From positions 1-64,000 of the forward strand of contig CBDBIJ010000110.1 of NCBI GenBank assembly GCA_965205655.1: a DNA stretch of 64,000 bases. The letters run 5' to 3'. This document shows positions 48,536-59,100 of the stretch, piece by piece; within the stretch, counting starts at the first letter, position 1, and each line of letters starts with the position of its first letter. Below the pieces are notes generated by a model. The model did not search any database. It was not told the origin of the DNA and saw only the letters and a program-made list of their open reading frames with translations. The position numbers were made by a program, and so were the translations under genes. This DNA comes from Candidatus Latescibacterota bacterium. GTDB taxonomy: Bacteria; Latescibacterota; UBA2968; UBA8231.

Positions 48536-51500
48536 TCATTCCCCAGAGAGCAGATCGAGATAGCCTTCATATCTGACGTCCATTTCGACGACCTGGCGAT
48601 AGATGACCGCCGCTTCGTGACGACGTCCCTGGAGATAACGAGTGATAGCCATGTTGAGCCGAATCCCGGCGTTACCCGGCATCAGTTCCTCGGCTCGCTC
48701 GAACACCGCGAACGCCTCGTCGTACTCTCCCCGACGGGCGAGAACGACGCCTTTCGAGTTGAAGGCGTCACCCATGGCGGGGTCCGCGGCGATGGCCCTC
48801 TCGAGCCGCTCTAGTGCCTTGTCCCATTCGTCCTGCTGCAGGTAGCGCACAGCGATCGCGTAGTTCTCGTCGGCCGATTCCGAGGCGGCCAGAAAGTCGA
48901 AGAGACCCTCGTAGGCTTCATCCTGGGCAACGACCTGTTGATACAGAACATCCGCCGTCTTCGGATCCCCCGACAGCTGGTAACTCAGGGCCAGATTGAG
49001 TTGAAACCCCATCTGGTCCGGATCGAGCTGAGACGCCTGATCGAAGAGCTCACGTGCCTCCAGGTAACGGCCCTGGCGGCACAGAACGACGCCCTTGGCG
49101 TTGATGGCATCGGCGAACTGGGAATCGCTTTGCAGGGCGAAGTCGAACTGCTCCACTGCCTTGTCGAGTGACTGCTGCCGCAGATAGCTGACACCCACAT
49201 CGTAGTATCCCTGGGCATCGCCAACCGTGGCCATAAAGTCGAACAGCTCGGCGTATGAGTCGTCGAGGGCGACGACGCCTTCGAACATGAGATCGGCGGT
49301 CTGGCGCTCGCCCTTCAGGTAGTAGGCCAGGGCGATATTCATGCGGAATCCGTTGTTCTCTTCGAGCTCCAGTGCCTCGCGAAACAATTCCAGCGATTGG
49401 TCGTATTGTCCCTGCTTCGTCAGGATGACGCCGATGGCGTTGATGGCGTCGGCGTAGTCCGGCTTCATACCCCGGGCGCGCTCCAGCATCTGGAGAGCTT
49501 TTTCCAGATGGTTGGCGCGCAGGTAGGCGACGCCCGCATCGTAGGCGCCGTCGGGCGTATCGAGGGAGGTGACGGCCCCGAGGGCGATCTGATCGGTCCG
49601 CTGGTCGAAGTAGGCGACGTCCCGCGACAGCAGACTGTCGACGGAATCGGGTGCCGGGAGGTCTATCGATACAGCTGGCAGCACCGCCGGTTTGTAGGTC
49701 TGCAGCCACTGCTGCACATACACTTCATTGATCAGTTTGCGAGCCTTGAGCCGCTTGTATTCGGCCACGCCGTTGCGCCAGGCGTCGGCGAAGGTGAAAC
49801 CGAACATCGTCGTTTCAACGGGAATCCACACCCTCCCTTCCCACACCACGTATTCGGCCGAGCTGACGAAATGATCCTCGGCTCGGTCGACGGGAATGCC
49901 GCTGTCGAACATGAGATAGATATGGCCCTTCCCCGGATCGTTGGCCTCGAGGAAGGCGGTATCGATGCTCAGGTTCTCGAGCAGCGAGGCGTAGAGAACG
50001 GTCAGGTCGTCGCAGTCCCCGATCTTCGTGTCGACCCCTTCCTCCTTGTAGAGCAGCTCGCTCGGATACTGGACGGTGTCGAAGATCGTCTTGTCATCGG
50101 AGACGTTGGCGAATGGGGTTTTCTGATCGGCCTGGTAACTCAGACTGTAGACGCCCATGGCGTCGAACAGGACGATGGCCTTGCCGATGTTCGAGCGGTT
50201 GAACTTGCGCGCCAGCAGGCCATCGTATCGTTGCACAAGGCCGCGCGCCATGCCGGCGATGGCCAAGTCGGCGGGGGTCACGAAAGCGGCTGCCATTCCC
50301 TCCACATTCCAGCTGAGTTTTCCCTTGCCGGCGACGTAGACCCGCTCGAGCTGCTTCTCCACGACCTGCTCCCGCCGGTTGCGGGTGTAGGCAACCTGGA
50401 CGATCGGTGTCACGAAGTTGTCGAAGTAGGCCTCGGACTCGTTGAACAGGTCCTGATCGAAGGTCACCTTGAAGCTGTACTTCTCCGTGCTCTGGGGCGG
50501 CAGCACAACATTTTCGGTGTGGGGGATGCTCATCATCTTCGGCAACAGAACCCTAACGACGGCCTCGATCGGCCCGGCGGCGGAGTTGCCGATGACGACA
50601 TCCAGAAAATCGGTCTCCTCGTAGTGCCGGTACAACGAGCGGAACACCGGGTTCGGCCGAATCGTCGCATCCTTGATTGTGACGACTCGCGGATTGTAGG
50701 AAAGCGAAAGAGCCGTGTAGTGAGTGGCGTCGAGAATCGGGTGACGCTCGAAGGCGTAGTCGAGCTGGAGAAAGCGATACTTCACCCCCAGTCCGAAGCC
50801 GGCTGTGGTGGCATCGCCTCGACTCTCCGGTGTGTCGAGCTCAGTCTTGAGTCCAGCCCTCAGAGCAAGCTGGCCGGCGATCCAGTACTCGGCTCCCAAC
50901 CGGGCGTGATCGTCGATGTCGGCGGCGACGGTGAGGCCTTCGATCGGCTTGTGAGCCAGACCTATGCGGTACCGGGCTTCGAACATCTCCTCGCTCAACC
51001 CTCCCTCGTGCTCCACCGAGGTGCCACCGAGGTCTTGGACTGACAGACCGAGCCTGACGCCGTACGGCAGCGGCACGAGCAGACCGACATCGAAGCCCGT
51101 GCCGGAGGCGTTCATGACCGACGTCCCGTCGAGATCCGCATCCTGGCTGATGTATTTAGCCGTGGCACCGATAGAGGCGTTGCCGACGTACGGCTTCAGT
51201 CGCTGAATGCTGTTCCGGTAGCCGTAGGCGATGCCGAACTTGCTGTGCCCCGACTTGAGTCCGAGACCGCGGCTGACATCGTCGAAACCGCGGTAAAACC
51301 AGTCGATACCGAGGGCGTGGTTGTCTGATACCGGCAGGACGTAGCTCAGATACGACTCGTTGAGTCCCAGGCCGAAACGATCGGCATAGGACAGGTCGAG
51401 CTCCTGACGCTGCAGCGAAGCGATGGCGGCGGGGTTCAGGTTGACGGCGGTAGCGTCGGAGCCCACGGCGACGAAGGCCCCGCCCATGCCGATGGCTCTG

Positions 51501-51640
51501 ACCCCCAGATCGGGCTGCTTGGAGGTGGCGGCGGAGACGGGCAGCGAGAGCAGCAGCACGGTCACCGCTGCCGCACTCACGGCGCGACAGCGCGGTGCTG
51601 GATTCGGAATCCCCTTCTCAGTCTTGAGGTATCGAGGCAC
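48536..51640 (-). CDS. PorV/PorQ-like barrel + transglutaminase-like domain + TPR fusion protein
   Basis: GVRAIGMGGAFVAV..DATAV..NPA (PorV/FadL-like start), LDYAF; VQYPSE..GDCDD..GHIY..PVETT; multiple TPRs. Confidence 0.8.
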   Translation of the reverse strand: MPRYLKTEKGIPNPAPRCRAVSAAAVTVLLLSLPVSAATSKQPDLGVRAIGMGGAFVAVGSDATAVNLNPAAIASLQRQELDLSYADRFGLGLNESYLSYVLPVSDNHALGIDWFYRGFDDVSRGLGLKSGHSKFGIAYGYRNSIQRLKPYVGNASIGATAKYISQDADLDGTSVMNASGTGFDVGLLVPLPYGVRLGLSVQDLGGTSVEHEGGLSEEMFEARYRIGLAHKPIEGLTVAADIDDHARLGAEYWIAGQLALRAGLKTELDTPESRGDATTAGFGLGVKYRFLQLDYAFERHPILDATHYTALSLSYNPRVVTIKDATIRPNPVFRSLYRHYEETDFLDVVIGNSAAGPIEAVVRVLLPKMMSIPHTENVVLPPQSTEKYSFKVTFDQDLFNESEAYFDNFVTPIVQVAYTRNRREQVVEKQLERVYVAGKGKLSWNVEGMAAAFVTPADLAIAGMARGLVQRYDGLLARKFNRSNIGKAIVLFDAMGVYSLSYQADQKTPFANVSDDKTIFDTVQYPSELLYKEEGVDTKIGDCDDLTVLYASLLENLSIDTAFLEANDPGKGHIYLMFDSGIPVDRAEDHFVSSAEYVVWEGRVWIPVETTMFGFTFADAWRNGVAEYKRLKARKLINEVYVQQWLQTYKPAVLPAVSIDLPAPDSVDSLLSRDVAYFDQRTDQIALGAVTSLDTPDGAYDAGVAYLRANHLEKALQMLERARGMKPDYADAINAIGVILTKQGQYDQSLELFREALELEENNGFRMNIALAYYLKGERQTADLMFEGVVALDDSYAELFDFMATVGDAQGYYDVGVSYLRQQSLDKAVEQFDFALQSDSQFADAINAKGVVLCRQGRYLEARELFDQASQLDPDQMGFQLNLALSYQLSGDPKTADVLYQQVVAQDEAYEGLFDFLAASESADENYAIAVRYLQQDEWDKALERLERAIAADPAMGDAFNSKGVVLARRGEYDEAFAVFERAEELMPGNAGIRLNMAITRYLQGRRHEAAVIYRQVVEMDVRYEGYLDLLSGE

Positions 51641-51651
51641 CTTCAGCGTCC

Positions 51652-53118
51652 CTATGGCTCTTTAATCGTTATCTGCTCGCCGCCTGAAACCGGTCCCTGT
51701 ATGGGCGCCGTCTCATTGCCCGGGTAAATGACCTGAACATTGTATGGTCCGGCAGGAGCTCCGAAGATCACCTCGGCCGGGCCGCTCCCGGGCAAGACCT
51801 GTCGGTAGGCCACCAGCACAAGTGAATCCGGTTCGTTCGCGTCGAACAGGCGCACCTGGGCACCGAGACCGAAGAAGTTGTTGCCTCCCGTCTCGGGACC
51901 CTTGCCGCGAACGAGGACCTTGATGAACAGTGAGTCGGGCGTCTCGTTGTGGAGGAGACTGTTGCCAAATCCAAAACCGTTTGTTCTGTAAATGTCCGGG
52001 GCGCCGTCGCCGTCGAAATCGCCCCATCCTGCAGCAAGGTGAGGGGTGAAGACGGCGGCGATTCCCGCCTCCGCTGTGGCGTCTCGGAAGGTGCCATCGC
52101 CGTTGTTGGCCATGAGGGCGTCCGGCTGCTGTTGCCTGTCGGCTCCGGTGGCAAGGTAGAGGTCGAGATTTCCGTCCCCATCGTAGTCCGACCACGCTGC
52201 CATCGACGTCAACCAGCCGGAGCCCACCTCGCGCACATTCGCGGCTTCGCCCACATCGACGAATGTCTCGTCCCCGTCGTTGCGATACAGGCTGTTGGCG
52301 CCGACGTTCGCCACGAAGGCGTCCATGTCGCCGTCGTTGTCGTAGTCCCCCCAGGCGGCGCTCTGGCCGATTTCCTTGTTGGCGACGGACAGGGCGCAAG
52401 CGATCTCGGAGAACAAACCGCTGTCGCTCAGATCGTTGCGGTAGAGGCCGTTCTCCTGCTCTCTGTTGACGACGTAGAGGTCGAGATCACCGTCGTTGTC
52501 GTAGTCGACCCAGTTGAAGCCGTTCGTATCCCGGCGGTCTCCGACGCCCACATCGAGCACCTGAGCAAAGGTGCCGTCCGCATTGTTGCTATAGAGCTCA
52601 TTGTCGTGGTAGTACTTCCCTACATAGATGTCGAGATCGCCGTCATTGTCGTAGTCGCCCCAGCCGGACGATGTCTCATTGCCGCGCTTGTCCAGGTTGA
52701 TGGAGGCAAGGCTGCGGCCGACCTCGGTGAAATCAGCGGCCTCGTTCTCGTAGAGAAAATCCTGAACTGAGAAGTCGGTGACGTAGAGGTCGAGGTCGCC
52801 GTCGTTGTCGTAGTCGCCCCAGGCGGCCGACGTGCTGTTGCCGTCCTCGATGTCGATACCGAGTGCGACCGCCGTATCGGTGAATGTGCTGTCGCCGTTG
52901 TTTCTGTAGAGCTTGTTCGGGGGGATGATCGTTGCGGTGCCCCAATTGGTGACGTAGAGATCGAGGTTTCCGTCGCCGTCGTAATCACCCCAGGCGAAGT
53001 TCGTGCTGAACAGGCCCGGGTTGTCCACCCCGGCTGCAACCGATATGTCGGTGAGCGTCTGCGCTTGGAGGCCGGCGGCCATGAGGCCGCAGAGAGCTAC
53101 CGCTGCGAATCGCCTCAT
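51652..53118 (-). CDS. Secreted FG-GAP/VCBS repeat (CRTAC1-like) protein
   Basis: Signal peptide; seven (W)xDYDxDGDxD-type repeats; ASPIC/UnbV-like NNFFGLGAQVRL. Confidence 0.88.
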   Translation of the reverse strand: MRRFAAVALCGLMAAGLQAQTLTDISVAAGVDNPGLFSTNFAWGDYDGDGNLDLYVTNWGTATIIPPNKLYRNNGDSTFTDTAVALGIDIEDGNSTSAAWGDYDNDGDLDLYVTDFSVQDFLYENEAADFTEVGRSLASINLDKRGNETSSGWGDYDNDGDLDIYVGKYYHDNELYSNNADGTFAQVLDVGVGDRRDTNGFNWVDYDNDGDLDLYVVNREQENGLYRNDLSDSGLFSEIACALSVANKEIGQSAAWGDYDNDGDMDAFVANVGANSLYRNDGDETFVDVGEAANVREVGSGWLTSMAAWSDYDGDGNLDLYLATGADRQQQPDALMANNGDGTFRDATAEAGIAAVFTPHLAAGWGDFDGDGAPDIYRTNGFGFGNSLLHNETPDSLFIKVLVRGKGPETGGNNFFGLGAQVRLFDANEPDSLVLVAYRQVLPGSGPAEVIFGAPAGPYNVQVIYPGNETAPIQGPVSGGEQITIKEP

Positions 53119-56100
53119 CTGACCACCGCCACTACTTTCTCGGCTTGCTCGCCGGAGGCGGTGACGACGACGATGTAGAGGCCGCTGGCGACGACTCCAC
53201 CATCTTCGTCGCGCCCGTTCCATGGTATCGTAAGGCGGCCCTGGCCATAGGGCTGGTCGCGCTTGATGACCCTCTCGAGTCGGCCGGAGGCGTTGTAAAC
53301 CCGCACCGTGACATCTGCGGGACTGCTGAGGTCGAAAGAGACGTCAGTGATGGCTCTCAGACCCCCCGCTGGTGAGAATGCGCGCGGCTGGCAATCGAGG
53401 TCTCGGATTTTCGCGGTACCCACAGCGGCCTGCGTATCCACGAACAGGCCGAAGGTGCTCAGTTTCAGTTCCTTTACTGAAGTGGCCACCTGTTTCAGCG
53501 CCGGCTCCGATGTGCCGCCGACCCGTAGCCACTGCCCTTCTGTCAGTTCGAAGATCCCCAGCTCGCTCGGGTTGTGTTCGCCGAGGTCGCCCAGGTCGTA
53601 ACGGAAGGTCATGGTCACCGGCTTGCGCAGCGCGCTCTCGCCGATATTCATCTCCCAGGCGCTGCCGACGGGAACCGGGTCCTCGCCTTGTGACGGTGCG
53701 GCGGCAGAGGAAACGGTTTTCCCCGCCGGCTGATCGGCGGCCGGGCGAATGATCACCTCCACCTTACCGATGTCGCTCGGCAGCGCATTTGGCGGGAAGT
53801 AGAGCTCGACGCTGCCCTCCGCGTTGGTCACGGTGCCGCCCGCTGCCGCGTCGGGCAGCTCTCCTGCGGTCTGAAAAGTTCCGTCGAATCCAGTCTCCGC
53901 TCTCTCGCCGAGGACCGAGCGATCGATGACGAACTCGTATTCCGTGAAGGGCCGGAAGCCTCCTTGAGGCGCGAAGTTGACGATCGTCTGAGCCGGATCC
54001 TCAAACCCGAAACCTGTGATTGGCGTCAGCTCGAAAGGCGCATCCGGGTCCTCCTGTAGATCGACGATACGTCGAGCTCTGAGCTGGAAGCCGGACTGGT
54101 CGGCGGTGGCGACCGGTCCCGAGAATACGATCCGCACTGGGGGGGATGTCACAGACACTCCCTCGGCACCGAATGGTGGATTGGCTTCGACGAGCGTGGG
54201 CAAGTCGGTGAGAAAGGTGAATTGATCGTCGGGTCGATTCGCCAGGGCCCCCCCGAGTCGAGAGCTCACGACCACTTCATAGGAACTCCCCGAGACGAAA
54301 TCGACTTCCGGCAGACTGGCTGTAAAAGTCTCGTCGACGTAGATGAACTCACCGTCCTCGAGCGCGATCGGATCGCCACCGCGGCTCAGACGGATGTTCT
54401 GCGAGTTGACCAGGTCGCGTTGCAGCGCGGCGGAAAAGACGATCTCCACACGTCTGGCTCCGGCGGCGATCGAGGTGCCGTCGGTCGGCGATGTGGAGAC
54501 GACACTCGGAACGAGCGTCGCGAATCCCAGGCGAGTATCGGTGCTAGCGCGCGGGCCGCCCAACCGGGCGCTGACGACTACGTCGTACGCCGATCCCGGA
54601 ATCAAATCGATCTGGGGCAGGCTGATGATGAACTGCTCCTGATCGTACAGGAACTCGTCCTCGGGCAGAGAGAGGGCTGCACCACCCCGCGTGACCGTCA
54701 CGTTTTGGGAGTTTATCAGATCCTCGTCCAACGGATCGGAAAAGGAGAGTCGAACCCGGCGAGGGCCAGCCGTTACCTCGCTGCCGCTCTCGGGCTCGGT
54801 AGAAACCACTTCAGCCACCCGCGTGGCGAAGCCCCAGCGGAAATCGTCGGTTGCTCTCGGACCCGCTACAGAGCGGGTAATCACTACCTGATAGGAGGTG
54901 CCACCCCGCAAGCGGCCGGCCGCGGGCCCGAATGAGAGGGTACCCGCCTCGCCGTCGAAGACCGGTGCCGTGATCTGCACGGACTGACCCTCGCCCAGCA
55001 GCCGTACATGCTCAGCTAGCTCTTCATCGTCGATGTCGGTGTCGAAAACGGCTGCGATCGTCCCTTCGAGTGCGGAAACAGCCGAATCAGCAGCGGCTGG
55101 CGCCACGCTCACCGTATCCGGTATCGCCGTCTGGAATGACCACGAAATCGGCTGGCCTGCCCCGAGTGGTCCGCTGACCGATGAATTGATTTGCACGACG
55201 TAGCCACTGCCGACCTGCCAGCCGGTTGCGGGCGCGAATCCATAGCGACCCTCGCCACGATCGGTCGGATCGTCGGCGCGCAGCTCAAGTGGCACGCCCC
55301 CACGCGCGAGGCTGAAGTTGCCGGCGCTCAATTGGTCTTCGTCGAGGGGCACGCTGAACTCGATGACCGCCTCTTCGAGGCCGATGGTGACGTCATCGGC
55401 CCCCTCGGTAGGTAGCACCGAGACCCGGCTGGGCACGGCCGTGCTGAAACTCCAGCTATAGTCTCCCACTGCCTGTCGCAACGGACCTCCCACCACCCCC
55501 GAAACGACCACCTGGTATTGAGCCCCAGGGCGCAGGCCTTCTGCAGGTTGAAACGACAGCACTCCAGTTGTGGGGTTGTATTCCTCCTCCGTCGCATCGA
55601 TGGCGCGCCCCTGCTTGAGGAGCGTCACGCTGCCCGACACTGCCTCTTCGTCGAGCAAGCCGTCGAACCCGATCGATATCGATGGATCAGCCGCCGACAC
55701 CGCAGCGTCGCCGTCGTCCGGGGTCCGTGCGGTAACCCGGGGCACGGCGGTGCTGAACGACCAGGTGAAGTCGCCCTCGGCCACCAACCGCAGCGGCCCG
55801 GCGAGCGAGCCAGAGATCGTCACGTCGTAGCGGGAGCCTGGCTTGAGCGCTTCGCCAAGATCGATGGAAAGGGTGTTGGACGTACCGACGAATAAAGCGT
55901 CGGCGACTACTACTGAATCGCCCTCCCGCCTTACCTGCACCGCATCAGCTTCCTCCAGTAGCGACTCGATGAGGCCGCCATCGAAGGTGGCGATTATGCG
56001 CCCGTCATCGATGGCTACGCTCGCGGTTCCGTCCGCGGGCTCGGTGCTCACGAGCTGAGGTACGTTGATGCTGAAATTCCAGGATATGGCGTTCGCCGGG

Positions 56101-59100
56101 CGATTGCCGGCCAGGTCCTCTACGGCGGCTGACACTTCGACGCTGTACTGCGTCCCTGGCAGGAGACCCCCGGCCGGAGCCAGGACGACTGTATTGTCAT
56201 CGGCGCTGTAGAGGGGGGCATCGGCCAGCGCTACAGGTGAATTTCCCGCGGTGATTTGGAAGTTGTCGGCGACGACAGTCTGCTGATCGATGGGCTCTGA
56301 AAAGGTGATCCTGAGCCGTGTCGTCGAATCTGGCACGCCAACGGCGGCGAACCCGGGCGCGGCTGAGCTGACCGCAGGCAGCTGTGTGTCGACTGAAAAC
56401 ACGCCGGTCGAATCGAATGGCACGAGCGTGTTTCCCTTGATGTCCTCCAGACCCCTGACAGAAACTGAAGCCGCTCCCGACGGCATGGATTCTGCAACCG
56501 TCAGCTCACCGGTCCATGTGAGCCCGGTGTAGCGAACTGTCCGGAACTGGAAAGGCTGTCCGTCGATGGTGGCCTCCACCAGAGGTTCCACATCTTTCTC
56601 CACTCCCGAATGCTCGTCGAGGAACTCGAAGGCGACGGTCACCGTCTGATCGATGCCAAAATTGGTGGTGTCGGATTCGCTCTTGCTTTTGTTCAGCGTA
56701 AGCCTGTCGATAGTCGGCGGGATGACATCGACTATGAAGTGGCTTTCTGCGCTCCAATCGGAACGCGAGTAACCCACGTCCACTGTCTGAACAGACCAGA
56801 AGTATGTGCCGCTGACCAGTTCACCGACTGAGCGGACCAGATTGTGGCCGGCGTTGCCGGGGCCCAGTGGCAGTTGGCCTGAAATGACCGAGTCCCCTTC
56901 CGAGGTCCTACCAAGCCGAAGATTGTAGGTGAGGCTCTCCACCGGCGGAGCACCATCGTCCGAGGCGGGAAGCCAGCTCAGGGTCACCTCGTCGCCTGCG
57001 TCCTCCGCCCGCAGTCCCGAGGGGGCGGATGGGGGCACGTTGGAGTTGAGTTGCTGCGCCGTCAGATTGTCATTGACGGCCGTCGAGGTAGTGGTACCCG
57101 AGCCGGACGAGAACAGGTCGAGATCGCCGTCGCCATCGGCATCCGCCAAGGTAACGGCGCTGAAGTCGACCCCGCGCAGAATGGGAAAAGCGTCGAGCGC
57201 GAATGCCGAGTCGGGAGCTGCCTGACCTATCGTGTTTTCATACACCCTGAAGATCTTCTGCTGCTGGCCGATGTTGCCGACCATGACGAGGTCGAGATCC
57301 TGGTCGTTGTCGTAGTCTCCCCAGGCCAGATCACCCCCCTGGATGCCTGGAAGATCGACGTCGTCTATCTCTGCGTAGGTACCCGTGCCGTCGTTGGCGT
57401 AGATGGCTGTCGAAGGGCCGTCGCTCGCCGTCACGCCTCCGGCGGCGAGATCCAGATCGCCGTCGCGGTCGTAGTCGCCGAAGGCGAGGTCGCTGGATTC
57501 CATTCCGGGGAGATCGTTTCCGGTGTCCGCGAAGCTGACGGAGCCGCTGGCGAGATCGTTGCGATAGACGGTGAAGTCTCGAACTCCGTCGGAGCTTACG
57601 CCGGTGACGGCCAGATCGAGATCACCGTCGCCATCCACATCGCCGAACACAGATTCGCCATTGTTGAGGCCGGTCAGGTTTACGCCGAGGGTGTCGAAAT
57701 CGCCCGCGCCATCGTTCGCCCAGATCTCGGTGAACGAAAGCTGGGCGCCAGCCTCGGTCGCGCCGCTCTGACCCATCAGAACAAAATCCAGGTCGCCGTC
57801 GTTATCCACGTCGCCCCAATCGACCGAGCTCTCGGACAGGTCGGGTCTGAAGCGGATCGCCACTGCAATCCCGGCGTTGTCGGTGCCGCCACTGGTATCG
57901 GTTCGATACAGGAAGTTCGCCCGGTTGCCGATTGCATCCTCGCCTGTGATGAACAGATCGAGATCGCCGTCGCCATCGTAGTCGCCCCACGCCAGGTCAC
58001 CTTCCTGAAGGGAGACGATGTCTGCATCCACAAGCGTCAGCGTGCTACCACGATTGACGTAGAGCAGGCTCTGGGCTTCGCCGCTGCGATTGAGCCCCAT
58101 GATGGCCAGGTCGATGTCCCCGTCGTCATCGTAGTCGCCCCAGCTCATGGCCGACTCCTTCAGGTCGCGGATCCGCTGATCCGAGGAGACGAACCGGGTC
58201 ACGACGAACGGGTCCTCCTGGGAAAACGCCGACCGGGTGAAGGTTCCGTCTACTGACTGAACGCTCCAGACGTAGGTGTCGGGTGCCAGAGAGCGGCTCA
58301 GCACGTAACTCGTTTCGAACCCGGCATTGCCCTGCCCTACGGACAGCGAGGCTGATACGATGTCTCCCGCGCCAGCCTCGGTGCCGATGCGGATGTTGTA
58401 GCTGATTGCATCCGATTCACCGTCGCTGCCGGGACTCCAGCTGAACAGGGCCCGGGTGCTGGTGACCTCCACGGGATTGAGGCTCGCAGGCGGGTTTGGG
58501 GCCGTGTTGATCGTGGTGACGCCGAGATTGCTGTAGAGAATCGTGCGACTCTCACCCGACTCGTCGACGCCGCTCGTCACCAGATCGACTCGGCCGTCGT
58601 CATCGTAGTCAGCCCACAAGGCGAGCCCGCCGGCAAGGCCCTCCAGATTCTGCTCGATCGACACGCCGGTAACAGACCCGTTTCGATTCTCGAACACGTG
58701 GGCTTCATAGTCGGAGACGATCGTCCGGCCCGACACGGCCAGATCGGGATCGCCGTCGTTGTCGAAGTCGACCCAGTCGAGCTGACCGCCCACGGTCTGG
58801 AAGGCGTTCAGCGAGAAATCGGTGTCGCGATTGAAGGTGCCGGCGGGCCGGTTGCGGTACAGGTACAATTGGAGAGCGCGGTTCCACACCTCGTCGTGGC
58901 CGGAGATGGCGAGATCGGGATTGCCGTCACTGTCGTAGTCGGACCAGGCGAGAGAGCCCCCCTTTACGAGTGAGTCGAAGGGCAGGGATATACCGGAGTC
59001 CAGGGTCAGAGTTCCGAGTGGATCGTTGACGTAGAACTCGGTGACCCGCCGGATGCCTCCATCGGCGATGACATTCTCACCGGAAATGGCGAGGTCGGGA

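Noticed and set aside
49397..51043. Long plus-strand ORFs (also 2180-3397, 10282-11421, 16461-17609, 57051-58256)
   Set aside because: Antisense shadows of well-supported GC-rich genes, with no motifs
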